The position numbers and the translations under genes were made by a program. A stretch of DNA of 64,000 nt. Source: Octopus sinensis (Eukaryota). The stretch covers positions 66,588,001 to 66,652,000 of the forward strand of contig NC_043007.1 in NCBI RefSeq assembly GCF_006345805.1, read 5' to 3'. Positions 39,551-53,147 of the stretch are shown piece by piece; the first letter of the stretch is position 1; each line of letters begins with the position of its first letter. Below the pieces are notes generated by a model that searched no databases, had not been told where the DNA came from, and was given only the letters and a program-made list of their open reading frames with translations.

Positions 39551-40040
39551 TTGACAGCATTAGAGCTCATTCTCTTATTGGTACTTATTGTGTTGTTGGA
39601 CGAAATGAAAATGCAGAATAGAATCTTGCAGGTTATTAATTACAATTGGGAACCTAATAGGGCGTAACTTAACACCACAAAGGGATCTCTGTTCGGTTCT
39701 CTATCAATATTTATCATCTCATGCTAGAGGAAGATAAAGCGACAAAGGACAGGAATAAAAAAGAAAGAAAGGAGAAGAGGAGGAGGAGGAGACAAAACTT
39801 AGGCAAAAGTATTGAAGCAAAAATGCGTTTAGGACGAAAAAAATAGTTAGGACAAAGAAAATAGAAATATACATGTTGAGTGGTAAAGATGAAAGTTTGG
39901 AAAATAAGTGGATTGAGGGATGGAGAGGGGAGAAAAAGTAAAACAGAGTGGGGTGGGGGGACCCGAGGAAAGAGTGTCAGAGGAGCCTAGTGAACAAAGA
40001 ATTAAAACGATATGTATATATACATATGTATATATATCTA

Positions 40041-40078
<38 letters not shown>

Positions 40079-40946
40079 ATATACATACATAGGTATACAA
40101 ATATGCAATTATACACACCACGCACGCAAGTGTGTGTGTGTGGTGTGTGTGTGTGCCTGTATATGTGTACAACATCAGTGCCGGTGTTGCAGATAGATTG
40201 AAAGAACTGAGAAAAAGAGTAAAAGGAGATAGTGTGAGACAAAGAGAGAGAAAAGAGTGCGAGAGGGGAGAAGAGGAGAGAGCAAGAGGGAGAGGATGAG
40301 GGGAAGGCACAAAGTGGTGGGGGAGGTTCTGTTTGGTTTGTTGTATTTACCTGTATTCTACAGTTAACCCATTTGTTGTACGCGTGTTTTTGTTTGGGTA
40401 TGTAATCGTGTTGTGCGCGCATGCATGAATGATGATTATATATGGGAATATGTGTTCATCTCCCGCTTTAGACATACATATACAATAACATTACTTAAAT
40501 TGAGTGTGCGTGTGTGTGTGTGCGCACGCGCTCATGTGAGTGCATATATATATATATATATAATATATAATATATATATTTTATTATATATATATATACA
40601 CACTAACAGAGATGCCTTACCTTGCTTCGGATTAAAAAAGGCATAGTCATTTTTTTTTTTTACTTGGTTCAGTCATGTGACAGCGGCTATGCTGGAGCAC
40701 CGCCGTTGGTCGATCAAATCAACCACAGAATTTCTTCTTTGTAAGCCTAGTACTTATTCTAGCAGTGTCTTATACCGAACCGCTAAGTTATGTTGCTGTA
40801 AACACAGCAACATAGGTCGTCAGGCAATGGTAGGGATACAAACATCGACACATACACACACAAATATATACATATATACGACAGACTTCTTTCAATTTCC
40901 GTGTACGAACACATTCACATAGGCTTTGGTCGTCCTTAGGCTATAA

Positions 40947-40979
<33 letters not shown>

Positions 40980-41118
40980 TATATATCCATATATATGTAT
41001 ATATAGATAGATAAAGCTTACTTGAAGAGGATTCGTGGCGTTAATCATATAATGATATAAATAATATATGTGTGTATGTGTGTGTGTGTGTATGCATATA
41101 TATATATACATACATATA

Positions 41119-41173
<55 letters not shown>

Positions 41174-41696
41174 GTATGTATGTATATATATATATATATA
41201 TATAATATAATATATAATGTGTGTGTGTGTGTGTTGTGTGTGTGTGTGTGTGTGGTCAGAGGATGTTACGAAACGTGTACAAAGCAAAAAGATACGAAGC
41301 GCGAGTACATGGAATATGAACTATTCTTTCTTTCGAACAAAAGACACAAATGGAGAACAACACAAAAAACGACCCTTCATTAGTTGTTGGTTGTTTTTCT
41401 ACTCTCGTATATCGCGGATTAAATAACAATATACATTTTCGATAACACAGTGGCTCCCGCAAAGCAAATTAAGTAAAATTTGTGTTTTTGCGGAGAGTCA
41501 AAATAGGTAACATAACTAGGACAATGAAAATAAACAGGAAGGCCTGCTATGCCTAAACGAGGTTGTGGTGGCGAAAGCATAAATCAAGCTAGGACAGAAG
41601 ACAAACAAGGATACGTCCTCCTTCTTCCAGTTACAGCGGAGAGAAAGAAAGATGACCGATGGTCACGTGTGTGCCATGTGAGCAAGGGATATATAC

Positions 41697-41758
<62 letters not shown>

Positions 41759-42023
41759 ATATATCTATATATATATACACATTACATATATATATATATT
41801 CTTTTAGTCTGTTAGGTGCTTCAGTCATTTGAGTGTGGCTATGCTGGAGTACCGCTGTTAGGTGAAGAAAATCGACCCCTAGACTTAATTCTTTCTAAGG
41901 CTGTTGCTTATTCTATCGATATCTTCTGCGAACCGCTACACTACGGGAACATAAACGCTCGAATATCGGGTTCTAAGTGATGCTTTTGGTGGTACAAACA
42001 CAGACACAAACACACACACACAT

Positions 42024-42088
<65 letters not shown>

Positions 42089-42494
42089 CGCATATATATA
42101 AACGCACTCACACACATATATACTTATATATATTCACACACGTATATATATATACATATACATACACACACACACATACACATATATATATACATATATA
42201 TATACACACACATTTATACATACTCATATATATATACACATAAATACATATATATATATATACGTATATATACATAGATATGCTGAAATAGTGTAAGAGA
42301 TAAGAGATTGCTATTTATAGCAAATCTTATAACCACGTAGGGAAACCCTTGTTAACTCGTAGAGTTTTAAAACATCATCATCGTCTGTTGCTTCTGCTGC
42401 TGGTGCAGGTGCTGGTGCTGCTGTTGCTTGTGGTGGTGATGATAATGATGATTTTTCTCTCCGCCTCTTCTTCTTGATTATATATATGTTTTTC

Positions 42495-43595
42495 TTCTTA
42501 CATGTTTCAGTCACTTGACTGCAGTCATGCTGGGGTACCACTTTGAAGAATTTTAGTAAAACGAATTGACGCCAGTACTTATCTAATCGAGATACTTCCT
42601 CTATCGGCCTCATTTACCGAAGCGCTAGTTACGGGATATAAACAAACCAACGCCGGTTGTCAAACGGTGGTGGAGACAAATACAAACACCAACACACACA
42701 TATACACACATCCATACATACACACACTGCGTGGCACCTTGGGCATGTGCCCAAGTGGATTTGGTAGAGTGAAACTGAAAAAAACCCTTTGTACATGTGT
42801 GTGTGTTACTGCATGTGTTAGTCCACCCCACCGCCACAACCGCTAAACAACTAGCGTTGGTATGTGTGCCTGCGTCTCCGTGACTTAGCGTTTCGGTATA
42901 AGGACCCGACTGAATAAGTATCAGGCTTAAAATTAAGTACTAGGTCGATTCATCCGAATAAAAATTCAAAGCGGACTTCCAGCATGGCTGCAGTCTAATG
43001 ACTAAAACAAACAAACAAACACAAATATAATACAAAGGGCTTCTTTCAGTTTCCGTCTACGAAATCTCACTCACAAGGCTTTGATCAGCCCGAGGCTCTA
43101 ATAGATGACACTTGGACAAGATGCCACGCAGTGAGACTGAACCCGGAACCATGTGGCTTTGAAGCAATATTCTTACCACACAGCCACACCTATTTCTTTA
43201 CTACCCACAAGGGGCTAAATACAGAAGGGACAAACAAGGACAGACAAACGGATTAAGTCGATTATATCGACCCCTAGTGCGTAACTGGTACTTATTTAAG
43301 TCGACCTCGGCGAAATTTGAACTCAGAACGTAGCGTCAGGCGAAATACCTATTTCTTTACTATCCACAAGGGGCTAAACACAGAGAGGACAGACAAACGG
43401 ATTAAATCGATTATATCGACCCCAGTGCGTAACTGGTACTTAATTTATCGACCCCGAAAGGATGAAAGGCAAAGTCGACCTCGGCGGAATTCGAACTCAG
43501 AACGTAACGGCAGACGAAATACGGCTACGCATTTCGCCCGGTGTGCTAACGTTTCTGCCAGCTCGCCGCCTTCTCACAGCCACACCTGCGCCTAT
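42495..43595. mobile_element. Nested SINE cluster: A(-) tail, A(+), and A(-) head carrying a SINE B insertion
   Basis: SINE B dimer 43192-43574 is flanked by the 13 bp TSD cacagccacacct (43179-43191 and 43575-43587). Confidence 0.85.
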
Positions 43596-44469
43596 ATGTG
43601 TATCTATATATGTATGTATTTATGAATGAACGTATGTATAAATATATCGTATGACTCTTTCTAGTCGATGACTTTATCGCGGTTATTGTAGCTTCAGCTC
43701 CAATGGTGGTAACAACAACAACCAGAACATGTCACGTAATGAACCTCTGCGTGACCGGTTGACCTGCTAGAAATATCAGCTAAAAAATAGACAGGACACA
43801 ATGGATAATGTTTATTCCACAAGTTCCATATATATTGCATTGGTCGCGTTTGGAAATGCTTTGATCATAGGTTGGAAATGGTTTGACGAAAGTTAACGTG
43901 GATCCAAACGCAACAGTAACAACAGCATCAGCTCCCCGACTTCCGACGCAACCGCTGAGCCTGGATGCGTATTCATCCGTCCGTCGATGCTCTCGGTGTC
44001 GGGGGTTGACCTGCTTTCTCTTCTGCGTGTCTTACGAATAGCAAAGGACCACGCTTCGGACTTCTCCTATCTTGCGAGCTCTGGGACGAAGACCGTTCGC
44101 TCAAGAGCAGCAGCAACAATAGCAACAAGAGCAACAACGACGCAAGAGACAACATCAACAATAGCAATACAGTTAAACAGTTAAGAACACGGTGAGTAAA
44201 AACAAAGAGAAAAGAGAGAGGGGGAGAAGGAGTGAAGGAGCGAGTGGAGGAGGGGAACAGAGACCAAGGAAGATTACTGAACATTGAAAGCAACAATAGT
44301 TTCTACTCCAATTTAATTCAAAATGGCAGCGGTGTAGGAGAAAAAGTTACGTGAAAGTCTGTCAGTTCTTATACATATACGTGTGTGTGTGTGTGTGTGT
44401 GTGTGTGGTGTGGTGTGTGTTGTTCATGTAATGTGAACAGGTGTGTGTGTGGATGATGAAATAAAGCTT

Positions 44470-45078
44470 TTGAAAGACGAAGGAAGGAACGAAAGAAAGA
44501 AAGAAGAAGAAAAGAAAGAAAAGGAAGAGAGTGGAAGGACAAGAAAGGATGAAGAAAAGAAAGAGAAGGCAAAGGAAAGAGAAAGAGAAAGAAAAAGGAG
44601 GAAGAAAAGAAAAGAAGAAAAGAAAAGAAAAGAAATAAGTTGCGAGAAGAAAGAGAAACAGAAAGAGAAAAGAAAGGGAAGAGAAGAAAGAAAGAAAAAG
44701 AAAGAAAAAGAAGAGATAGAAGAACAAGAAGGCAGGAAGGAAAGAGGAGAAGGAAGAAAAAGAAAGAAAGGAAAGAAAGAAAAAGAAGAAAGAAAAAGAA
44801 AGAAAGAAAGAAAGAACAAAGAAAGAAAGAAAGAAAGGAAAGAGGAAGAAGAAGAAAGAAAAAGAAAGAGGAAGGGAAAGAAGAAAGAAAGCAAGAAAGA
44901 AAAAAAGAAAGAAAGAAGGCAGGAAGGAAGGGAAAGAATGAAAAAGAATTAAGTGAGAAAGTAATGACTGAATGAAAGAAAGAAAGATAGAAAGAAAGAA
45001 AGAAAGAAAAAGAAAGGATGAATGAAAACAAGTAATAATGGAAGAATAAATAACAAAAAAGAAGAAAGAAAGGAAAAG
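44470..45078. repeat. ~600 bp almost pure purine (GAAA/GAA) tract
   Basis: Direct reading. Confidence 0.93.
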
Positions 45079-45366
45079 GGTTTCGTGTGCTCTTGTGTGA
45101 GTGTATGTACAGGTGTTTTGTGTCCAGTTATGTGTGTTTGTGTGTTTGTGTGTTTTTTTATGTATATTTACATGTCTCTGTGTACAGGTCTGTGTGTGTG
45201 TGAGAAAGAGAAAGAGAGAAAAAGAGAGAGAGAGAGAGAGAGAGAGACAAAGAGATTACATGTGCTCTTGAATTAATATACTTGTGTGGTTTGTGTACAG
45301 GTGTATATGTGTATACTGGTACGTAAGTCAGAGATTTTGTCTTCAAATGTGCCTGCGTGTGTGTCC

Positions 45367-45405
<39 letters not shown>

Positions 45406-45789
45406 GGAGCAGGTGTGTGAGAGAGTACGTTTGTTCCTGTATGTAGATGTACATACGGGTTTTTTTTTGTACGGCTATATAAGTGTGCGTTTATGTGTTT
45501 ATGAAAGAAAGACGGAGAACTCGAGTGAGAGAGAGACAGAGAGAGACAGAGAGACAGTGAGTGCATGTCTACAGGTGCTTTTCTGTGCGGGTTTGTGTGT
45601 GTGTGTGTATGTATGTGTGTGTGAGCATGTCTACAGTTACATACTTGCCTGTGTATGCATATCTACACACAAGCACACGCACACATGTATGTATGTATGT
45701 ATGTATGTATGTATGTATGTATGTATGTATGATGTGTATGTATGTATATACGTATATGTATATATATATACGTATATATACGTGTATAA

Positions 45790-45975
45790 TTCAAATTTAC
45801 AGAAACAAAAAATAGAAGACGAAGGCAGGTGTAGTGACAACAAGCAGGCGTGTTAGTTTCATGCTCGGGAAGAATGGAAAAGTCTTTTACGCTTCGAGCC
45901 TACGCGCTTCACCAGAAAGGATTAAGAGGGGGAAAACGAAGAAAGAATGGAAGAAAACACGGAAAGAGAAAAATA
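45790..45975 (-). mobile_element. Penelope-like repeat copy (hammerhead-like motif mutated)
   Basis: Reverse strand ctttctggtgaagcgcgtaggctcgaagcgtaaaagac. Confidence 0.6.
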
Positions 45976-46390
45976 TGAGTGGCTGTGTGGTAAATAGCTT
46001 GCTTACCAGCTACATGGCTCCGGGTTCAGTCCCACTGCGTGTTACCTCGGTCAAGTATCTTCTACTATAGCCTCGGACCGACGAGTCTTGTGAGTGGATT
46101 TGGTAGACGGAAACTGAAAGCCCGTCGTATATATGTATATACATGTGTGCGTAGTGTGTGCGCGCGCGAGCGTGTGTGTATGTGTGTCTGTGTTTGTCCC
46201 CCCAACATCGCTTGACAACCGATGGCGGTGTGTTTACGTGCCCGTAACTTAGCGGTTCTGCAAAAGAGACCGATAGAATAAGTACTAGGCTTATAAAGAA
46301 TTAGTCTAGGGGGTCGATTTGCTTGACAAAAGGCGGTGCTCCAGCATGGCCGCAGTCAAATGATTGAAACAAGTAAAAGTGTAAAAGAGA
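45975..46390 (+). mobile_element. SINE family A
   Basis: gagtggctgtgtgg ... aagtaaaagtgtaaaagag. Confidence 0.9.
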
Positions 46391-46433
46391 ATATATTCAT
46401 ACATACATGCATACATTTATACATACATACATA

Positions 46434-46477
<44 letters not shown>

Positions 46478-46532
46478 GAGGCAAACAGGAAAAATGCAAC
46501 TCAAAATATGAGTATATGTATATTTCTATTAA

Positions 46533-46626
46533 TATTTAGCAGAAGTAACAGATTAACTAATCACTTTTCAAGCGCCAATGCACGAATCTCTCGGACCTTG
46601 AGTCACTCTGTTACTTCTGCTAAATA
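46533..46626. repeat. Inverted repeat, 20 bp perfect arms
   Basis: tatttagcagaagtaacaga and tctgttacttctgctaaata. Confidence 0.88.
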
Positions 46627-46670
46627 AAATATATCAAAATATATATACAATATACATATATATGCATATA

Positions 46671-46990
46671 CAGGGGTTGGACAAAATAATGGAAGCACCT
46701 AGTATCATAGCATCATAATTTTGAAATATCTATAAAACCGTCAAAGGCTTGTTTATTTTGTATGTTTCTTTTATTTATTATTATTGTTGCTTAATATGTT
46801 TTGCTAAAATTGTTGCTTCTTTTCAGATATCATCAGAAAAAGGTAATTATAATTCATTAAAATGGCAGATCTATCGGACTTTCAAAGAGGTCAAATTGTT
46901 GGTGCCCGTATGGCAGGCACTAGTGTAACGAAAACAGCCGAAATGTTTGATATATCAAGAAATACTGCCTCGAAAGTAATGACAGTTTGG
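46671..46990 (+). mobile_element. Tc1-like transposon 5' fragment (TIR plus transposase N-terminus)
   Basis: TA-caggggttggacaaaataatgg; ATG at 46862 gives MADLSDFQRGQIVGARMAGTSVTKTAEMFDISRNTASKVMT. Confidence 0.88.
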
Positions 46991-47221
46991 AGTTTTTTTA
47001 TAAGAAAAATTATTATTTTATTTATTTATTAAAAATATTGTTTAACTCTATTGTCTTATTTATTTAACTATTATCATTAACTTGAAGATTGACTATAATT
47101 TTTGTTCGAATTTATTTCAATTGAATTTAAACTTAATTGTAATTCGAATTTAATTATAGCCGTGAAAACGTACGTAGTGTTTTTACTTATTATATTATAT
47201 TTATAATTCTTTTTATACTTT

Positions 47222-47266
<45 letters not shown>

Positions 47267-47419
47267 CTATATATATATATTATATATTATACTAATTATA
47301 TTATATTATTTGTTATTTAGTATTGGTTTATGTCTATCACTGTTTGAGTTGCATAATAGTGGTTTTATCTCTAATTCATATTATATATATATATATATAA
47401 TATATATATATGCATATAT

Positions 47420-47733
47420 GTGGAGACGGAATGGCCCAGTGGTTAGGGCAGCGGACTCATGGTTGTAGGATCGTGGTTTTGATTCCCAGACCGGGCTTTG
47501 TGAGTGTTTATTGAGCGAAAACACCTAAAGTTCCACGAGGTTCCAGCAGGGGGTAGTGGTGATCCCTGCTGTACTCTTTCGCCACAACTTTCTCTCACTC
47601 TTTTTTCTGTTGGCCTGCTCGCTTAGCCAGTGGAGTGGCGTAATTTGAAGGCTAAAACAATGCGAAGCGCATTGTGACCAGCGATGTATAGTAACATCTG
47701 ATAGCCTTGTCGATCACGGTGATCACGGTGATA
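47420..47733 (+). mobile_element. tRNA-derived SINE, head E with a different tail ending (tcacggtga)2
   Basis: First ~185 bp match 10407-10590; the sequences diverge after ctttctctcactctt. Confidence 0.85.
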
Positions 47734-47984
47734 TGATTTACACATTTACATATATATGCATATATGTATGTATGTATCCATGTTTGTATGTATGTATGTA
47801 TGTATGTATGTATGTATGTATGCATTCATGCATGTATGTATATAGCGCGCGTGTGGTTAAGGACAGAGAATTTCAAAGAAATAATGTTAGAAAGGTATTT
47901 TCTCGTATATTGCCATTGTGCTTAATCGAAAATTTATTGATAAGAGACCTTTCTTACTCTTGACGACAGCTTCGAAGTCGAAAT

Positions 47985-48073
47985 CGATGATGATGATGAT
48001 GATGATGATGACGACGACGATGAAAGATGATTATGACGACGAAAGATGATGATAGATGATGATGATGGTTGTG

Positions 48074-48113
<40 letters not shown>

Positions 48114-48481
48114 AAGAGTAGTGGTAGTGACGGTTGTGGCTTGAAAGTGATGACGGCAGCTGCGGCGTTGCTGCTTGTGATGGGGCGTGGAGGTGACGGT
48201 AGAGACGGTGCTGATAACAACCACGACAATGATGACAGTAGTTGTGGTGGTAGTGGTGGTGGTGGTGATGGTGGTGGTAATGATTTTGTCACGACGAAGA
48301 AGACGACGACGACGACGACGACGACGATGATGACGATGAGAGGAGGAGGAGGAGGAGGAGGAGGAGGAGGAGGAGGAAGATCCTCCCCATCATCATCGCA
48401 TCATCATCGCCGAAAGAAATGATAGTGATTCTAATATTGCTGCTACTAATGATGCCTATATTTTTATTTTTGTAATCCTGT

Positions 48482-48515
<34 letters not shown>

Positions 48516-48520
48516 GCTGT
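47985..48520. repeat. Compound trinucleotide tracts (GAT, GAC, GGT, GGA, GCT)
   Basis: Direct reading. Confidence 0.9.
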
Positions 48521-48834
48521 CCAGGACACAATGGCGACTTGAAAATATCGCCATGATGCCTGTTTACCGGTAAGAATAGCAAAGAAATTTGATAGCCGTC
48601 CATTTAGAGATCTTCTGCTTCTTTCCTTCTTTCTTTTTTTCCCCATGTTTCTGCTTCTTTCCTTCATTTATCTTGTTTATTTATTTCGATTATTTAGTCT
48701 TCATTTCTTTCCTTCTCATTCATTCACTCACGCTCTCCTCTCTCTAATATTTCGTTCTCTTTCTATCTCTCCTTTTTCTCTCCTTCTTTCTCGCCTTCTC
48801 TCTTCCCCCCATTCACTTACATCGTCATTGTCTC

Positions 48835-49660
48835 TTTTACTCTTTACTCTTTTACTCTTTTACTTGTTTCAGTCATTTGACTGCGGCCATGCTGGAGCAC
48901 CGCCTTTAGTCGAGCAAATCGACCCCAGGACAGTACTTATTCTATCAGTCTCTTTTGCCGAACCGCTAAGTTACGGGGACTTGAACGCACCAGCATCGGC
49001 TGTCAAGCGATGTTGGGAGGACAAACACAGACACACAAACACACACATATATATATACATATATATACACGACAGGCTTCTTTCAGTTTCCGTCTACCAA
49101 ATCCACTCACAAGACTTTGGTCGGCCTGAGGCTATAGAAGAAGACACTTGCCCAAAGTGCCATGCAGTGGGACTGAACCCGGAACCATGTGGTTGGTAAG
49201 CAAGCCACTCCTGTCACACATTATCCTTCATTCTATGATTACATTTCAGTATGTATTCTTTCATTCTTTTATTCTTTTACATGCTTCAGTCATCTGAATG
49301 AGGCCATGCTGGGGCACATCCTTTAGTCGAACAAATCGATCCTAGGATTTAATCTTTGTAAGCCTATTACTTATCCTATCGGTCTTTTTTTGCCGAACCG
49401 CTAAGTTACGGGGACGTAACCACACCAACATCGAATGTCAAGCGATGGTGGGGGGACAGACACAGACACAGATACAAATATATTCATATATATATATATA
49501 TATATATATACGACAGGCATCTTTCTGTTTCCGTCTACCAAATACACTCACAATGCTTTGGTTGACTCGAGGAGATAATGGAAGACACTTGCCCAAGGTG
49601 CCACACAGTGGGACTGAACCCCAAACCATGTGGCTGGTTAGCAAGCTACTTGCCACATAG
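48835..49660 (-). mobile_element. Two SINE family A copies
   Basis: 48835-49215 and 49260-49660. Confidence 0.88.
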
Positions 49661-49669
49661 TATATGTAT

Positions 49670-50250
49670 ATTATCATTTAGTTTTATTTCTTGATTTCCA
49701 GCTAATATAAAAAGAACCGGTTTCTAACCTTCATCCAAACTTCCTTCATTGGAATTTTAAGCAATAACAAGGTATTTGTGCATGCTAGTGTGCATGTGTG
49801 CAATAATTAGAGTCAGAGAATTGCAAATTTGTGTATTTTGTTTCACGCATGTCTTCTCATAGATATAGCTGCATGTCTAGACATGCGCATATATACTTAA
49901 ATTCTAAGCTTTGGAAAGTTGTACATATTTTGACAGTTCAGTTCATGGCTTGTATTTGTAATCTTCTAATTAGCTGTTTTCTTTTTCTGGTTTTGAGAAG
50001 CTTAATTTCTCTAGATTGGTGCTGATTCAGTTTGTTACAATATTTTAGTGTCCCAATTATTACAGGTATAAATCTGAACTTGTAATCCTAGTAGAGCAGC
50101 TGTAAATTTGTCAGTGGTCCAGCGTAGTTGTTTTCTTTTTCGCTCATCTTTACCAATGAGTAAAGAATGAATTTAGAACAACTATTTTATTAGTTACAAT
50201 TGCTTCAGTTTTTGATGCCATTGCACGTATATGACTCCATGTGAAAAGTT
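49670..50250 (-). pseudogene. R4/Dong-like LINE 3' fragment plus 3' UTR
   Basis: Reverse complement of the 55245-55650 family, extending upstream (KENNYAGPLTNLQLL..DYKFRFIPVIIG). Confidence 0.78.
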
Positions 50251-50296
50251 ACGCAATATTCGCAGTGTGCTCTCAGATATATATATACATATAAAT

Positions 50297-50342
<46 letters not shown>

Positions 50343-51379
50343 TTTTATTCTTTTACTTGTTTCAGTCATTTAACTGTGACCATGCTGGAGCAACGACTTA
50401 AAGGTTTTAGACGAACAAATGGACCCCAGGACTTAGTCTTTGTAAGCCTACATTCAGACACAATCTTTTTTAACAAATGAGAGGAAAGAGTACTCAAAAC
50501 TTGTTGAGAGGATTTTTATTCGTAAGAATCCGGTCATTGACTCCGTCCGTTGTTACCCAGGGCTTCTCTTTTAATGGGAAACAATCACCTACGTTTACCT
50601 ACATCTGTGTCTATCTATGTCTTTATCTTTCTTACTGCTTAATTACCTCATCAATCAATCTAACAACATGTCGGTCGATCCTGTGTATTTATCTATCTGT
50701 TTCTCCGTTTACCCGTTCACCAAACTCTCTAGATAATTCCACATGTATCTATCGATCTATTGATTCAACCATTTGACTTATGCATTTTTATGCTTTGTTG
50801 CCAGTTTAAGTGAGACTACAACGCCAAATGAATAAAAAAAAAACTTGGCAAGTAACAACAGTCGTTAGAAATGGCGAAGCAATATAGAAACAATCCTCAC
50901 TTCTCTCCTTCTCACTCCTATTTCTTTCCTTCACTCACTCACTCACACTCTCACTCACTCACTCACTCACTCACCCACTCTCGAACTTAACAAACGTCTA
51001 TGTTGTCTCTTGACAAAACTGCACACATGATGGCAAAGGTAAAACCAAATTCTCCTTCCTGTTTCAGAGAAGTACCATGCATTATCAAATATTGATGGAT
51101 GACCACCAAATATATGACAATCTTTTACTACAGAGTTTAATCTTCAGAGCAAATTGCTTCTGGAATTTTATGCAACAAGACAGACCCAACAAAACCGAAC
51201 CGGTCTTACCTTCTTCCCGAAAATGTTAGAATCACTCTTTATTATTCTTTAATATACTCAAAATTCTCTTACTATGTTGCGGCCTGGGGAAATTGTAAAG
51301 TTCGCTTACTCAACAATGCCATTCATAAATTATGCAAGACTCTCAAAATAATTACTTTCGATTAATAATACATATATAT

Positions 51380-51689
<310 letters not shown>

Positions 51690-51779
51690 ACTCTGCCATT
51701 CAGTTCCACAAAATATTTCATCACCACCGGCATACTTATTTCTATGTAATTTTCCGTTTCTTTCTCTAATATTTTCACA

Positions 51780-51925
51780 AGTTAATGTGTGAAAAACAAT
51801 ATAAGAATTTTGATAGAGGTTTCTATAATACTAGTTTTTAAACATCGAATGGTTATGGAAATCCACCAGATTAAAATAGTAATCAAAGGAGTCCATAGAT
51901 AAGAAAAATTGGTTGAGAGCCCCTG
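51780..51925 (-). mobile_element. hAT (Charlie-like) non-autonomous end fragment
   Basis: Reverse strand begins caggggctctcaacc, a typical Charlie TIR; related to 32075. Confidence 0.55.
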
Positions 51926-52864
51926 GCCTAAATGAATAACTGAAATCAATATTTGAGGCATCATGGTTTGAAGCAAGAAGTTTATCAAATTCTGAATTGT
52001 ATTTAGAGACGTATAAAATGTCTGACTACCAGAAAAGAATTTGAAATTCTTGCGAATAAGTTATGTTCTCTTTTTGGCTGAGAATATCTGCTACCATCTA
52101 TAATAGTTTTATTTACCGCGGCGAAGAGCACTGGGCAGTACCAAATTGCAAACAATCGCTGGCTGCAGGAATGACCGTGTGGTTTGTGTTTCAATTTCAA
52201 TCCAGGATACTTTCTTTTAGAACCATGTGCTACACATATTCCCTCCCCGGTTGAACAATACTTTGTGTGTGTGTAGGAGGGGGGTAATTATTTTTTAAAT
52301 GATCGTGCCTTTATGAACAATACATCTCATATATTTGTCCTCTACCCCCAAATGTCTAGTGGCTCAAAGATTAAATCCCTGAATGTTTGAGGCTGCAAGA
52401 GACAGAGGTTGTTTGCGCATGTTCCCTCTCGTTTTAATGTTCTTATTCTATTGAATGAACTCTCCTATACTTATTCCTTTTTGTTACCATTTAGCCGCAA
52501 ATCAGCACTGTTTGAGTAGACCTGTTCTAGCTATGACCGTCCACTCATATGTTCATATGTTCTAGCTATGACTGTCCACTGTTCAAGGCATGCTTTGCTT
52601 TTAAGCTAATGTCATTTTTACTTACAGATATTTGGTTGCTCTTTCTACGGGGTTCAAGTGGCAGTCATGTGTTCCTTTGTTAGCTGGTATCAAGTAACAT
52701 TTGAGATCTGATGTGGAGAAGTAAGGATCATGCGTCAGGGCATTGGTCATGGTGCATTTATATAGCGACAGAAGCAGCATAACTCGGAATTTCAATGAGT
52801 TCTTATATGTTTGTTTGCAAAAAACTCTGAGTAACGAAATGTGAAGTGAACTGAAAAAAGACAC

Positions 52865-53076
52865 ACTCTTTTATTCTTTTATTCTTTTGCTTATTTCGGT
52901 CATTTGACTGCGGCCATGCTGGGGCACCGCCTTAAGGGGTTTTTAGTCGAACAAATCGACCCCAGGACTTGTATGGTTAGTATTTATTTTCGGTTTGCCG
53001 AAACGCTAAGTTACAGGATTGTAAATACACCAATATCGGTTGTCCAGAGATGATGGGATGTGGGACAAACACAGAT

Positions 53077-53147
<71 letters not shown>

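Noticed and set aside
52626-52850. Minus-strand 225 nt open segment with good AG and GTAAGT ends
   Set aside because: The donor end overlaps decayed repeat family D and the peptide is unrecognisable. Not supportable without RNA data.
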